Positions 12,421-23,702 of a DNA stretch of 64,000 bases are shown piece after piece. Made by a program: the position numbers and the translations under genes. The stretch covers positions 38,230,288-38,294,287 of the forward strand of contig CM120640.1 in the NCBI GenBank assembly GCA_051362555.1. Reading direction: 5' to 3'. The notes beneath the pieces were generated by a model. The model saw only the letters and a list, made by a program, of their open reading frames with translations. It ran no database searches and was not told the DNA's origin. Positions within the stretch are counted from its first letter, which is position 1. Each line of letters starts with the position of its first letter. The DNA comes from Lingula anatina (taxonomy: Eukaryota; Animalia; Brachiopoda).

Positions 12421-13890
12421 TAGGTGGTTAGTTTTTATTGACCCCGCTTCTACGTGGACGGAACGGTTCATTTTTAACATTGAATAAATTAATTGAATTA
12501 ATATTCATTAAAATTAAATCAAATAAAATAACGATGCATGATGATTAGTAATGCAAGATTTATGCCGCAAAGTCGCTTGTCAGACTACATCTAAGATGAT
12601 CTCACGACATACTCGGGTATGGCTGTTTAGATGTAGGGGGTAGAGGCACTATTTGAAGGCAGCTGAAGGAAAAAATCGAAAGGAGTTCGATGGCATTTAG
12701 CATTACATGGTCCATTTCTCAGTAAAGAATACTAAATAAAGAAATTATACATACTTCAGGATGGCTCACTGCGGTTTTGTGTCCACACATAGGCAACCAG
12801 TAATTCGGACTCTACTAGCGATAATGTAAACACACCTTGAATGCCCATTTATATATTTGCTTTTCTAGTTAAACTTAGCAATGTGTATTAATTTTGTTCG
12901 AAAAAAAAAGCATTCCACTGTAATTTGCGACCGCGTCCATGTGCACCAATGCAGGCCTATTCTATTTATGGAGATGGTCACATAATCAGCAAAACGGAAA
13001 CTTAACTGGTACATGTACAAGTTTCGAAATAAAATGTTTGTCAAACCTTTATAATATCTAGAGCTTTTGTTGTTTGAAACATGTTTAACTAAAATGTAAG
13101 AAAAACGAAAAAAGTAAGCAGCAAGCTGGTAGGCAGTAAGTGAAAGCCTGGTCTGAACACTGAATTTCTAGGTAACCATGTATTTTTCACACCCCCTAAT
13201 TTCATTTCCACAACGATCCGTGAATGAGGTTAAAAAGCAATAACATACCTGTGTGACAGGACAAAATGCTTTGTTTATTACGCCACTTTATCTTGTCAAA
13301 TGAAGCATGAATTTGAAAAACCATGAAAACTAGAGGATCAGAGAGGTGATACCGCCTGAGGGTATTGTACCACCAGCTGGAGTAAGCTCATTCGTATAGA
13401 AAAGTGAAAAAAGGGACACCACCTCCAGTGTTGTGCTTGACAAGCTCTACATGCAGTAAGCAAAAGTTCTAAATAGTTTTGTTGAAAATTACCATTTAAA
13501 ACAAAATCATGAGGAAAAGTAAAAGTTTAAATTCAAATTTGTGAAGTGCAGTTCATGGCAAAAAGTAGGTCAAAGCTCAATTTCAAGAACACAGATTGTC
13601 AGCATATGACTGCCTATTCAAGTTCAATAGTGATTATGGGCATATCTCTGGTAGTTTTGGAGATAGAAAAGTTGCAAAGTTGCGCGGCTCATTATAAAAT
13701 CGCCACCTTTTAAAATTTCCAGGTGTACTAAGTGCACGTGGTTTGCAGATTAATTTTAGCCATTAAGAGCGTTAGATTGAAACCTTTTGCCGCTACAAAT
13801 ACAACAACTTGATTGATATCTTAGGCGATTATCAAAAACAGACAATAGCAAGAATCACTTACCTGCTGTAGGTTACAAGGGCGACCAACC

Positions 13891-14107
13891 CAGGGGCGGG
13901 ACTAGGATTATTTGAAGGGGGGTCCACGGATGCAAAACCGACCCTTATCTTAGAGGGCGAACGGTGCTATTTGGTACTTTTTAGAACTATGATTCGGCTA
14001 GAGAAAATACTTATTTCATAAGGGGACCATCGGTGTGATTATTTTTAGAAACTGAAGGGGAGGAGGTCAGGACCCCCTGACCCCCCCCCCCTCCCAATCC
14101 ACCACTG
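13891..14107 (+). mobile_element. Short MITE-like element (CAGGGGCGG...CCACCACTG ends)
   Basis: Begins caggggcgggactagga and ends aatccaccactg (imperfect inverted ends). Shares the internal blocks accgaccct and gaagggg(a)ggaggtc.gga.cccctgac.cccc with 17511-17783. Confidence 0.65.
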
Positions 14108-14429
14108 CAACTACCAATGGACCTCGGTGGACACAGGTTAATTACATATCTGGCATTTGTGTCATAGGTTGTGCATTTAAGCTTTAAACTTAAGTTTTAT
14201 AAATATTAAAGTACCTACCCTTTAACGCGAAGTAAGAATCACGGTCAGCCACCTTTGTTTATGAGACAGTAATCAGAGTTACGCCGACGACCATCACCTG
14301 ATCTATTGAATTAAACGAGTGGAGTAGTAACGAACCCTTGGAACGAATTTGAGAAATAAGCAAACCTGACTTTATCGAGTGTAGGGGAGTTCGATTTTCT
14401 AAAAAAAGTATATTATATTTATAAAAATT

Positions 14430-14481
14430 CAGTCGGGGTCGAAACTCCCCGCCCCCACCGACCCTCCTAAATCCACCACTG
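14430..14481 (+). mobile_element. MITE right-end fragment
   Basis: ggggtcgaaactcccc...cctaaatccaccactg has the same terminus as 14096-14107. Confidence 0.4.
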
Positions 14482-14712
14482 GCACAAATCTTTTGTCCTG
14501 TACCACCTTAACTGCGTCACGTCCAGCTCGATGTAGCGAGTCAATAGAAATATAATTTCAATCGGTTGACGAGAGGAATTAAAGTGAAATTAATTTCTCT
14601 CTGGTTATGACACGCCAGAAGAGGGCGGGATTGGTGTAGGGGAGTTTTCGTGTCATTTAGGCGATTGACACGGTACTGTTAACACGCTTATGATTACGAC
14701 TCCGTAGACGAC

Positions 14713-15240
14713 ATGGTTGATGAGTCCAGTGGAGGCGAACACTTTACCTTGGCTGATGTAATGAAAAAAATGGAAAGTAAAAAGAAAGAGACGAAAGACT
14801 ATTTCGACCAGAGACTGTCTACATTTAATGCCGAAGCCGGTAAAAACTGAAAGTCACAATATTTATCTTGGAAAATAGAAGGTAATCACCAGCAATTTGA
14901 CTCAACAGTATTTGAAAATAAGATTATTGTGGTGAACAAACTGACAGTGCCTTACAGTCTTGGCAAGAGAAACAAACTTATCAGAATTGCTGACACTTTC
15001 GACACTGTTAAGGAACATACTGTTAATCCTCTTGCTTGTGATTCTGAGAGCGAGAGAGCTACAAAGAAAATAAAAGAAAACAAAAAGGGAGCCTAAAAAA
15101 TAAGGTTATATCAGCAGACCGACCGATAGGTGTGGTGGGCGATACTTCTCAGCGGAGAAGTCTTTATCGCAGCAGCGGGTCGTGACTTTGCTTAGCTTGT
15201 TGAGGAAAGGGCCATTTCATGCTTGAGTGACCAACTTACA
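14713..15240 (+). pseudogene. gag-like ORF1 remnant of DIRS/PAT element
   Basis: MVDESSGGEHFTLADVMKKMESKKKETKDYFDQRL..., then frameshifted WKIEGNHQQFD and KRNKLIRIADT. Possible decayed CCHC knuckle near 15190-15230. Confidence 0.7.
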
Positions 15241-15409
15241 GAGGGGAAAGTTATTCTACCAGAGTCCAACCCCAGAGATAAGGGAACATCTGGAATGGGA
15301 TAGAAGGGGGAAGCATTGAAAAATAGATAAGTACCCGGTACATGTATGAGTGCGTTAGTTTCAATCAAGAGTTGCATAATTATGATCATGAGCAAAATCA
15401 GAAATTCAT

Positions 15410-16920
15410 ACCCGTGAAAAGTAGGTTAAGAACCAATTTAAGTTTTTGGGAAGAAGTAGGGTATTCATTTTTTATTCTAGACTTGATAAAAATGGTTATA
15501 AATTTCCGTTTATAGCAACACCCTGTGGGATGAGGAAAGATAACAGCTTTCACCATTGAAAAATAAGTTTTTTGTTAAAAAGCTATTCTTGAATTGAAAA
15601 AGATGCCTTTGATTAAAAGGTGTAGCAAACAACCAATTGTTGATAACCCTTAAACAGAAGCAGTGCATAGCAGTGAAAAAAATAGATTGATTTTAGATGT
15701 ACGAGAAGTAAACAAACATGTCTGTAAGCAGTCTGGTAGTTACGGACATTTGAGAACGGCTCTTATGTTTATGAATCTGTGTGGTTGGTTGATTAAATTT
15801 GATTCAGCTAATCAACATCTAGATATCTATTATCCTCATACGGATTATTGAGGTTTTTCATGGAAAATTCAAGATCAGCAGATTTATTTTTGATTCTTAG
15901 TTCTTCCATTTGGGTTATCATTAGCACTTAATATTTTTTTCAAAATTGACTTGGCAATTAATCAAAGAATGGTTCGATGTAATTGGATGACGGTCTGTGG
16001 TACTGCAGTAACATAGATAGATTGGAGCATCAGGGTGCTGAGATCAAAGATGATATTGCTAAGTCAGGTTTTATGTAAATATATGAGAATACTATTTGGT
16101 CGTAGGTACAGAGTCTGGCATTTATAGGCATCGAAATAGATATTAGTATTGGGGAAATCAAAGTTCTTGATATTAGATTAGCAAGTGCTAAGAGATCTGA
16201 CATTATATTCGCACGAAAGTGAGCAGAGGTCTGGCTATGTCGGTCGGATTATACTATGTCTCATGTGTTGGGAAGTATAACGCAACTAATGACAAATTAT
16301 ATTAGCATGGTTATTTCAAGTGCTTTTTCTTAGAATCAGAAAATGTGTGTGAAAGCATGCAGTCAAATTAGACCTTGGTGTAGTAAATCAGAATTTTACA
16401 GTTTTCACCTCAGTGCAATAAGGTAGTTTATTCTGATGCTAGTAGTACTGGGTTTGGAGGATATTGTGTGGAGACACCTAAAAGGGTGTGTTGCGGGGAA
16501 TGGTCAGCTGACGAAGCGACGGAGAGCTCTACTTACAGAGAACTGATAGCTGTTTTCAGGGTCTGTTCTCCATGGCAAACACGTTGAGTGTTTTGAGATT
16601 GAAGTGGTTTTCTGATAGCAAAGATGTTGTAAACATTAAAGAAAAAAGTAGCATGAGGAGTAAATTACAACCTATTATTTTAGATGTTTTTCTTCTAATG
16701 GAGTTATTCAATAGAAATGAAAGGATACTGAGAGAAGAGAATACCCATGCAGATTATATAAGTAGAAGTGTGGATGTTGACAATTGGGGTATTTCTAAAG
16801 AATTATTCTCACATTTTGATAAGATATGGGGTCCTCATGAAGTGGATTGGTTTACGTCCTGCTACAATGCTTAAGTACAGGTACATATTTTTACTCTAGA
16901 TTTTAGAATTCAGGAACAGT
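15410..16920 (+). pseudogene. Reverse transcriptase / RNase H / methyltransferase-like remnant
   Basis: Includes track ORFs 15663-15851 (RLILDVREVNKHV) and 16572-16874 (KWFSDS, REENTHADYISR, WGPHEVDWF), linked by motifs interrupted by stops. Confidence 0.88.
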
Positions 16921-17149
16921 GAATGGGACACGCGTCATTTACGGATCTATCCTGGTCCTCAGATCAAATTCAGTCTCTTATTTCTACCAATGAGTTACAA
17001 CAGACTCCTTGTTTCTATATTGTTTCCGACAGACTATTCTGGTCCTTCACCTGTAAATATCCATCATGACGTAATCAAATGTGGCACCGAAACGTGCCCT
17101 TGGCTGACTCTGTTATGGTCTCAAAATTTTTGAAGCTTTAAGCTTTTAG

Positions 17150-17265
17150 ATGCTACTTAGTTTCTTATTGAAAAGTCGAGATATAGAGGTGGCAATTGGC
17201 TTTTGATAAATCGGGTTAAATCGTATTTATGCCCAGTAAAAGTTCTTGAAAATATTTAGATTTCA
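17150..17265 (+). pseudogene. Tyrosine recombinase internal fragment
   Basis: LIEKSRYRGGNWLLINRVKSYLCPVKVLEN resembles the KSKTDQYREG...CPV segment of DIRS-order YRs. Confidence 0.7.
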
Positions 17266-17510
17266 TTGGTAGGCCTCGATCCTAGCTACAGCTTTTCAAA
17301 TTTACATGGCCTATTTTAAATATAATATCGTTGAGTTACAATGACAGTTATGTATGAAAATTGTATAACGACGAGGGGGAGTATCGGTGCGGGTACAACA
17401 GTAATTTATGAATACATTTTACAGTATTATGGAATATACATGTATATTAGCGCCCGTGGTCTTATTGATCAATTAATGTGTGAATGAATAAGTCAAATCC
17501 ACATGTACAT

Positions 17511-17783
17511 CTGGGGCGGATCCAGGATTTTTTGGAAGGGTGGTGGTGTTTTTTTTACAGATTGACAAGGCCTCGGAGTTCAAGACCGACCCTCACCCCT
17601 TTGGAGTTATGTTTGGGGCACGCTCGAGGGCCACGAAAAAGGGTGTTTTAGAGGGAAAATATCTCCATTTGATACGGTTTATAACTGTTATTCAGCTATA
17701 GATTTTGGGTGTAATTTTTTTATCAGAAATCGAAGGGAGGAGGGGGTCTGGATCCCCCCTGACACCCCCTCTTTATCCGCCAT
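17511..17783 (+). mobile_element. Short MITE-like element (GGCGGATCCAGGA...ATCCGCC)
   Basis: ctggggcggatccagga at left and tatccgcc at right form inverted ends. atgtacat occurs immediately left and again after atccgcc (possible 8-bp TSD). Internally similar to 13891-14107. Confidence 0.7.
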
Positions 17784-19445
17784 GTACATGTATTAGACCG
17801 TGAACATTCGTGAACAGTTTCAACCACAGTCCCTCGCCTGAAATGAGCCATGCCTGTCTGTAATTTGCATAACAATTACTTGATCATCGTAGTGCGAGCT
17901 GTATTTCCGAATGCTCAGTAGGCAGTAGGACACAGCTAGGTGAAGACGCAATGTTCAACGTGCGGGTGCAGTCGCAACGCAGTCGTATGAGGCGTAGAAG
18001 CAAATGCATGTTTCGTAAGTAGCACTTTTTCTTCAGTATCGTATGTCAGTTGATAGAAAGAGAGTAGAAAAATGCAAAGAAATTTGCGACGAGTATTTAC
18101 GGGTATGTTACTACTCTTTGTTGTCGCTGTCGCCTGTCGTTTCTGTTATGCCACTCAAAATATTATTTAGCAAATTAGTAAATGGGCATATTACCACAAA
18201 GATCACGGACATATTTACATGATGGTACCGTACTTGTCACAGTTCCGAGCTTTTGATCCTAAGACAAGCGTGCCCCATGAACGATAGTCAGTTTTAGTAG
18301 GTTTGTTAATTTTATTATACATGTACCTGTAAAATGCTTGTAAGCAGTGTTGAAACACAGGGAAATGATTTATTCTAAAGCGAAATATGGTTCCCAAACG
18401 CGTGATGCAAAGCGATTTTAGATATTACAACTTTATATAGTAGGTAAAATAAATAAATAGTGATAACCTACACAAACTAGAGGAGTGTTTTCAATATTTA
18501 TTTTTTTTCAAAGCAAGATATCTGAAATATCTTTATTACTAACTTCAGGTCTTAAATGTGGCGTTAGGCAACATAGAATCGATTGCTTTTTTGGGGTGCT
18601 ATCTGAGCCTGAACTATGGACAAGTCAGATATTGTTGATATTACCTTCTTATTTCAGAAGTCCACTGAGATACTGAGAACTGCACGGCACCTGGCTGCTA
18701 GCAACCAAGCCTGTCATTCACCCTCTGGAACCCTACGCACATCCATGCATCTTTTGTTTTAAAATTGAATAAATACGTTTGTCATTCCTTGTTTTCTTAT
18801 TCACTTCCATATGAAATGATGATAAAATATTAATAATAATAATAGAGGGTTAGGGGTAAAATTGTAAAGATATTATTGTTTGAGCACTTTCAAATTAAAT
18901 CTGCTAAAACTGATCTGTAAGCATTGTGTTTGGGATTGATGATTTCTCCAGTAACAGAGGATGTCGTAAATCGAAAGGATTAAAAGTTTTGTTAATATGC
19001 CCAGTATTTTGTAAATAATTGAGAGCATTTTAAGAATACATCTACAGGATTTCCAACAGCCCACATTTATAAATACAATTTGTATGAATTTACGATATTG
19101 CTTTTTTAAAAATCTGTCCTACATTTTTTATAGTGAGACGGGTTTTTTAATATCTATTTATAAATTAGTTCATCCTCCCAGATAAAATTTTCTTAATTTA
19201 ATATAAGTCCATATTCTAAGGGTTTTGGTTTGCTAGAGAAAATTGTTTCAAATTTCACAACCTTCTCATCAGACGAACGCTTCAATTTTAAATTAAAACG
19301 GAAATATAAGAGATCTTGACACACTTTTGAAATGGGAACAATGAAATTTGCTCCTCCACCCAAAACTTAGAACTGCATATTCTGATATGTTTGAAAATGT
19401 CTCATTAAAATCATAATTAAAATAAATTGATCCTTTGATATAAAG

Positions 19446-19938
19446 AAATGGACTCGCCCCACCTGTCACCCCTCAAATCGAATGGACTTGTCCCACCTGT
19501 CACCCCTCAGATGAAATGGACTCGCCCCACCTGTCACCCCTCAGATGGAATGGACTCGCCCCACCTGTCACCCCTAAGATGAAATGGACTCGTCCCACCT
19601 GTCACCCCTAAGATGAAATGGACTCGCCCCACCTGTCACCCCTCAGATGGAATGGACTCGCCCCACCTGTCACCCCTAAGATGGAATGGACTCGTCCCAC
19701 CTGTCACCCCTCAGATGGAATGGACTCGCCCCACCTGTCACCCCTCATATGGAATGGACTCGCCCCACCTGTCACCCCTCAGATGGAATGGACTCGCCCC
19801 ACCTGTCACCCCTCAGATGAAATGGACTCGCTCCACCTGTCACCCCTAAGATGAAATGGACTCGCCCCACCTGTCACCCCTCATATGGAATGGACTCGTC
19901 CCACCTGTCACCCCTCAAATCGAATGGACTCGACCCAC
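19446..19938. repeat. 34-bp minisatellite, ~14.5 copies
   Basis: Unit aatggactcgccccacctgtcacccctcagatgg; aatgg recurs at 19447, 19481 ... 19923 (14 x 34 bp). Confidence 0.98.
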
Positions 19939-20269
19939 TTGAAAACTTTCAATGCATGTCAGTGGTGGGTGGAAGGGTATCACGTGATTTTCGGGAGCCA
20001 ATGAAAAAAGCAGGAATTTTACACTCAGTTATAGGTAAACAAAATGGCACGTTCGACGCACCGGGGAGGATCGTTTATTTAGGAGGCATGCACATAAATT
20101 TGGTGGGTATTTTAAAAGCATTTTACTATTTACAACGATCAGTACCATCTCAACTTAACTCATGTGAAGTGATTTTCAAGTGTTTGGTCTGTTTATGTTT
20201 TTATGACAATTTAAACTAGGCATAGCTTCATATGTAGTTTGACAATTGTAAACTGAAGTTTTCACACCA

Positions 20270-20830
20270 CAAGCCTTCTTTCAAGTGAAATATCTCGAAA
20301 AGCACTCGGACGATTTTTTTCCAACTTTTCAGTAATGTTGCTCATTTATTTGTCGACAAAAAGTGCCGATGGCACCCGATGGCACCCCTGGATCTTTGGA
20401 GTTATAGACGGTATAATCCTTCATACCCAATTACGACCATTTTTGTAGGAATGCGTCTTTATAATGTTAAACTCCCTCATTAAAAAGCATATATCTGAAA
20501 AAGTAAACGGTAGATTTTTTTCCAAATCTTAATCTGACGTTTTTCGTGTACCTTTTTACATAATATGTAGCCTGCAACTGACAGCACCCCTGGGTCTTGG
20601 GATATATAGACAATGCAGTGCCATGGCAAATTACGGCCATTTTTGTTTGAGTGAATTTTGGATCACGCAGACCCCGTCTTTCAAATCGAATATCTGAAAA
20701 AGCAATCGGACAATTATTTTCAAAATTGTCTGAAATGTTGCTTAGATATTGGTTAGCAAAAAGAGCCTATGGCACCCAATGGCACCCCAGGATCTTGAGA
20801 ATTATAGGCTGTATATAGTGCATGCCAAAG
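20270..20830. repeat. Diverged ~200-bp tandem repeat, ~3 units, inside the TIR element
   Basis: tatct(c/g)(g/a)aaa at 20291, 20492 and 20691; gcacccc.gg.tctt at ~20382, ~20584 and ~20782. Confidence 0.85.
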
Positions 20831-22279
20831 TACTGTTTTGGTTATCCCACAGCCAGCATTTATAACAACAGCATAATTGCACTTGTATATCACTTACATG
20901 CTTGTCTGTATTTTAAAGCATAATGTGCAATCTGATCACTATACAAGCACATTCCTACAACTGTTGAAGGGCTAGTCATGGTATTAGTCAGTTACAACTA
21001 CTTGTCATTCACTGTGTATGATATACAAGAGCCTATTATATCTCAACTGTAGCTCCATATAATAGCACTCTTTTATGCCACATACAGTAATTGGCTCAAG
21101 TACATATCAAATAAACATTTTTTTTTTAAATACTGATGATAAGTCTCATATCTTTTTCAGCATGGACTACAATTTTTATTTTTGAAATGCTGTGCACTAT
21201 AAAGGTGAGAAGTAATTCATCGGAATACCATAGTTGTAAACTTGTGACTTATGTTTCCATTGCTCATCTATTTCGTTAACATTGACAAAAACATGTTCTG
21301 TGTTTGTTTTGCCTAAACTTTCATTTTAATCTTACTATCATAAAAATTGAAATCATATTTAAGTATAATGGTAACAGGTTACCTAAAAAGTTGAAGCCTT
21401 ATCCAGTTAAATAATAATAATATCAAATATAAAACATTTACGGCTTTTTAATTTCAGGGAATGGAAACAGCTTATAACCTCATAATGGGATACCGCCTAT
21501 GGATTGTAGCTGAAATTAGAGACTTGAGATAACAGGAATGATGTTTGTTATTTCCAAAATCTGTGCCTTCATGGAGTGTGACATTGTAATAAACATGATT
21601 GCTTTTGAATTACTCAGTCATCAAATGTTAAATTAGTAGTTTGTCACAATATCAAATATTGTATTATCTGCATAGAGAATTCCCCTCATCTTTTGTAAGT
21701 TAAGTTTTGATTAATTAAGTAAAGTGAGTAGTAAGTCTCATGAACTTGGAGAAAATTAAATACTGCAGATCTTGGAAAAACTTCGTTTATTGTGATTTCT
21801 GTCAGATATGAGGATTTGTAAATGTTGATAATACATTACATTTTCTGTCTCTTATTATATGCATTTACCATGATTTCTCACTCTGAGTAATGTACGCATC
21901 TGGCAAACTAACTTGAAATTCAAGGCATATTTTATAGTTAAAAAAAAAGTGATATTAAAATCTGACCAAGACGAATTTAAAGTAATCTGAATTCTATCAG
22001 GATTTCAGTCTTGCCTGTGCTATGTATGTATTTGTAGGTTGTCACCCTTTTAAATCATTTAAAAAGTATTATTATATTATTTCAATATTTTGTGAATATT
22101 TAAATGAGTTATAAAATTTATAAGAAAAATGTAAGAAATAAAATATACTGTTAATTATGTTTTTATGAAATATGTGAAATAAAAAGTTTATAATCATATC
22201 AAAGTTCTTCCATTTGTTTATGATAATTTTGTCATTTTACATTTTCTTTGCCTTAAACTTTGGTCAAGCTTACTTTCCA

Positions 22280-22280
<1 letters not shown>

Positions 22281-22333
<53 letters not shown>
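22281..22333 (+). repeat. Poly(A) tract, 53 nt
   Basis: Uninterrupted A run. Confidence 0.95.
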
Positions 22334-22335
<2 letters not shown>

Positions 22336-23702
22336 TTGTCACATGCCCTTTCTTATAGTTATCTGAATTATCAACTTGTCATAATTTACTATTTTAATTT
22401 CTAGAGTTAATTATTATTCTTATTCAAACAAGAAATTATCAATTATACACAGAAAAATTAAAGTCAATAACAAATCAACACTGCCAGCAAATTTTAGTCT
22501 GCCCAAGCTACAGTCACTACAGGTATATAGGATAGTAGGCCTACACACTGACAGAGATTTGATACCTATGCCACGGTGACATTTTACAACTCTACTCGTC
22601 GGTTTGTTGATCATAAATTGCACATTTTTTCAAGTGTTTCATTATTAGTTTGTAGCATCCATATTTATATTTATATACATCTAATACATAATGAAACAAA
22701 GTCGGCGTAACGTTACGCAAATGCCCCAATAAACAATGCATCGCACACAGTTGCGCCAACGCTTTACTGGACGAAGACGCAGGAAGACGTCGCCGGGAGC
22801 TCACTTTCGATGTTCACTCTTCGACGGCAAAACGTCAAATGACTGACGTGCGTGCGCATCTTTTGACGTATCACGTGATACCCTTCCAACCACCACTGAA
22901 TGCAGGTCGTCTTCTTACAGGGTCTAGCTATCCAGTGACCAACCAGGAGCATAGCTTGCACTGCGATGCGCGACTTTTTCTTATGCAAATTACAACTGGT
23001 ACAGTGCATGGCACATTTGAGGAGTTGCTGTGGAAATTGGTCTCAAAGAACGGCGAAATTATGGAATATTATTTTACTATTTAGACAATGCTATTACCCG
23101 CGTAGACCTATTTGTCACCATACATAATATTTTTCTAGGACAACTAGTTTATATTAAATCAAAAACTAAAAATAGCAATGAAGATAGGTATAACAAGTAA
23201 ATGATGATGCTCATACATTCAGGGAGTAGCTTTGCGTAGGATGAAATATATTGTATTGTACGCCCCCCTGGCTGTCGATTGTAAGTAATAGACATAAACT
23301 GGCCCGCTCGAAGATTCTGCGGGTCCGTGGTCAAAGTTAAATAAAAATAACCATGATTAAGGGAAGTTATTGAAGTTATCAATTTAAGATTTTAGAGATA
23401 CTAATAAATTTACCTTTTTTTAACACTGGTCGTATTCACAAAAGATCGTAAACATTACAGAGAGAAGGAAAAGTACCCAAGAGAAGGGAGGGGGGGGGGG
23501 GGGGTGTGAAGGAGCGCAATGTGAAACAAATTAATATTATGTTCTTATTTATCTATTCAATTTCATAAATAATTTGTAAACTCTTCACTCTTGATTCAAA
23601 TAAATAAAAAGCAACAATTAAAACTTGTAGTACTTGCCACAGAAGCCAAACTGAAGTAAAACATTTGAAATAGCAAAAAAAGAGGAAGACAAGTAAAAAA
23701 AA

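Larger units (their letters stand above)
14713..17270 (+). mobile_element. Decayed DIRS/PAT-like tyrosine-recombinase retrotransposon, copy 1 (gag - RT - RNase H - MT-like - YR fragment)
   Basis: Manual translation gives ordered motifs with many stops and frameshifts: gag-like WKIEGNHQQFD, KRNKLIRIADT, TVKEH..NPLACDSE; RT VKSRLRTNLSFWEEVG, GYKFPF, KNRLILDVREVNKHV, GFSW, VLPFGLS, LDDG; RNase H YSDASSTGFGGY, GEWSADEATESSTYREL; WGPHEVDWF; YR LIEKS..GNWLLI...LCPVKVL. Element ends not resolved. Confidence 0.9.
19960..22898. mobile_element. Non-autonomous TIR DNA transposon, 2,939 bp, 29-bp TIRs, 9-bp TSD
   Basis: Left cagtggtgggtggaagggtatcacgtgat (19960-19988) and right atcacgtgatacccttccaaccaccactg (22870-22898) are reverse complements with 1 mismatch. 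Flanks aatgcatgt (19951-19959) and aatgcaggt (22899-22907) match at 8/9. Confidence 0.9.

Noticed and set aside
12100-12850. Possible minus-strand exons starting MGIQGVFTL (XPG/EXO1-like start)
   Set aside because: Similarity ends after five residues and in-frame stops follow.
13326-13720. Possible second HINE-like element starting aaactagagg
   Set aside because: I could not identify the matching subterminal inverted repeat or the other end.
14560-17400. Split direct or inverted terminal repeats for DIRS copy 1 (14615-14645 vs 17368-17396)
   Set aside because: Similarity is too weak to distinguish from chance, so the termini are left undefined.
19240-19280. Hammerhead-ribozyme-like CTGATGAG...GAAAC on the minus strand
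   Set aside because: Stem II and the flanking stems do not pair convincingly, and the motif lies within an apparent decayed ORF.
19613-20219. Repetitive ORFs over the minisatellite
   Set aside because: The unit is 34 bp (not a multiple of 3), the frames are equivalent, and stop-containing variants interrupt them.
22281-22333. Poly(A) as the tail of a LINE/SINE or retrocopy
   Set aside because: No recognisable upstream retroelement body or convincing TSD.
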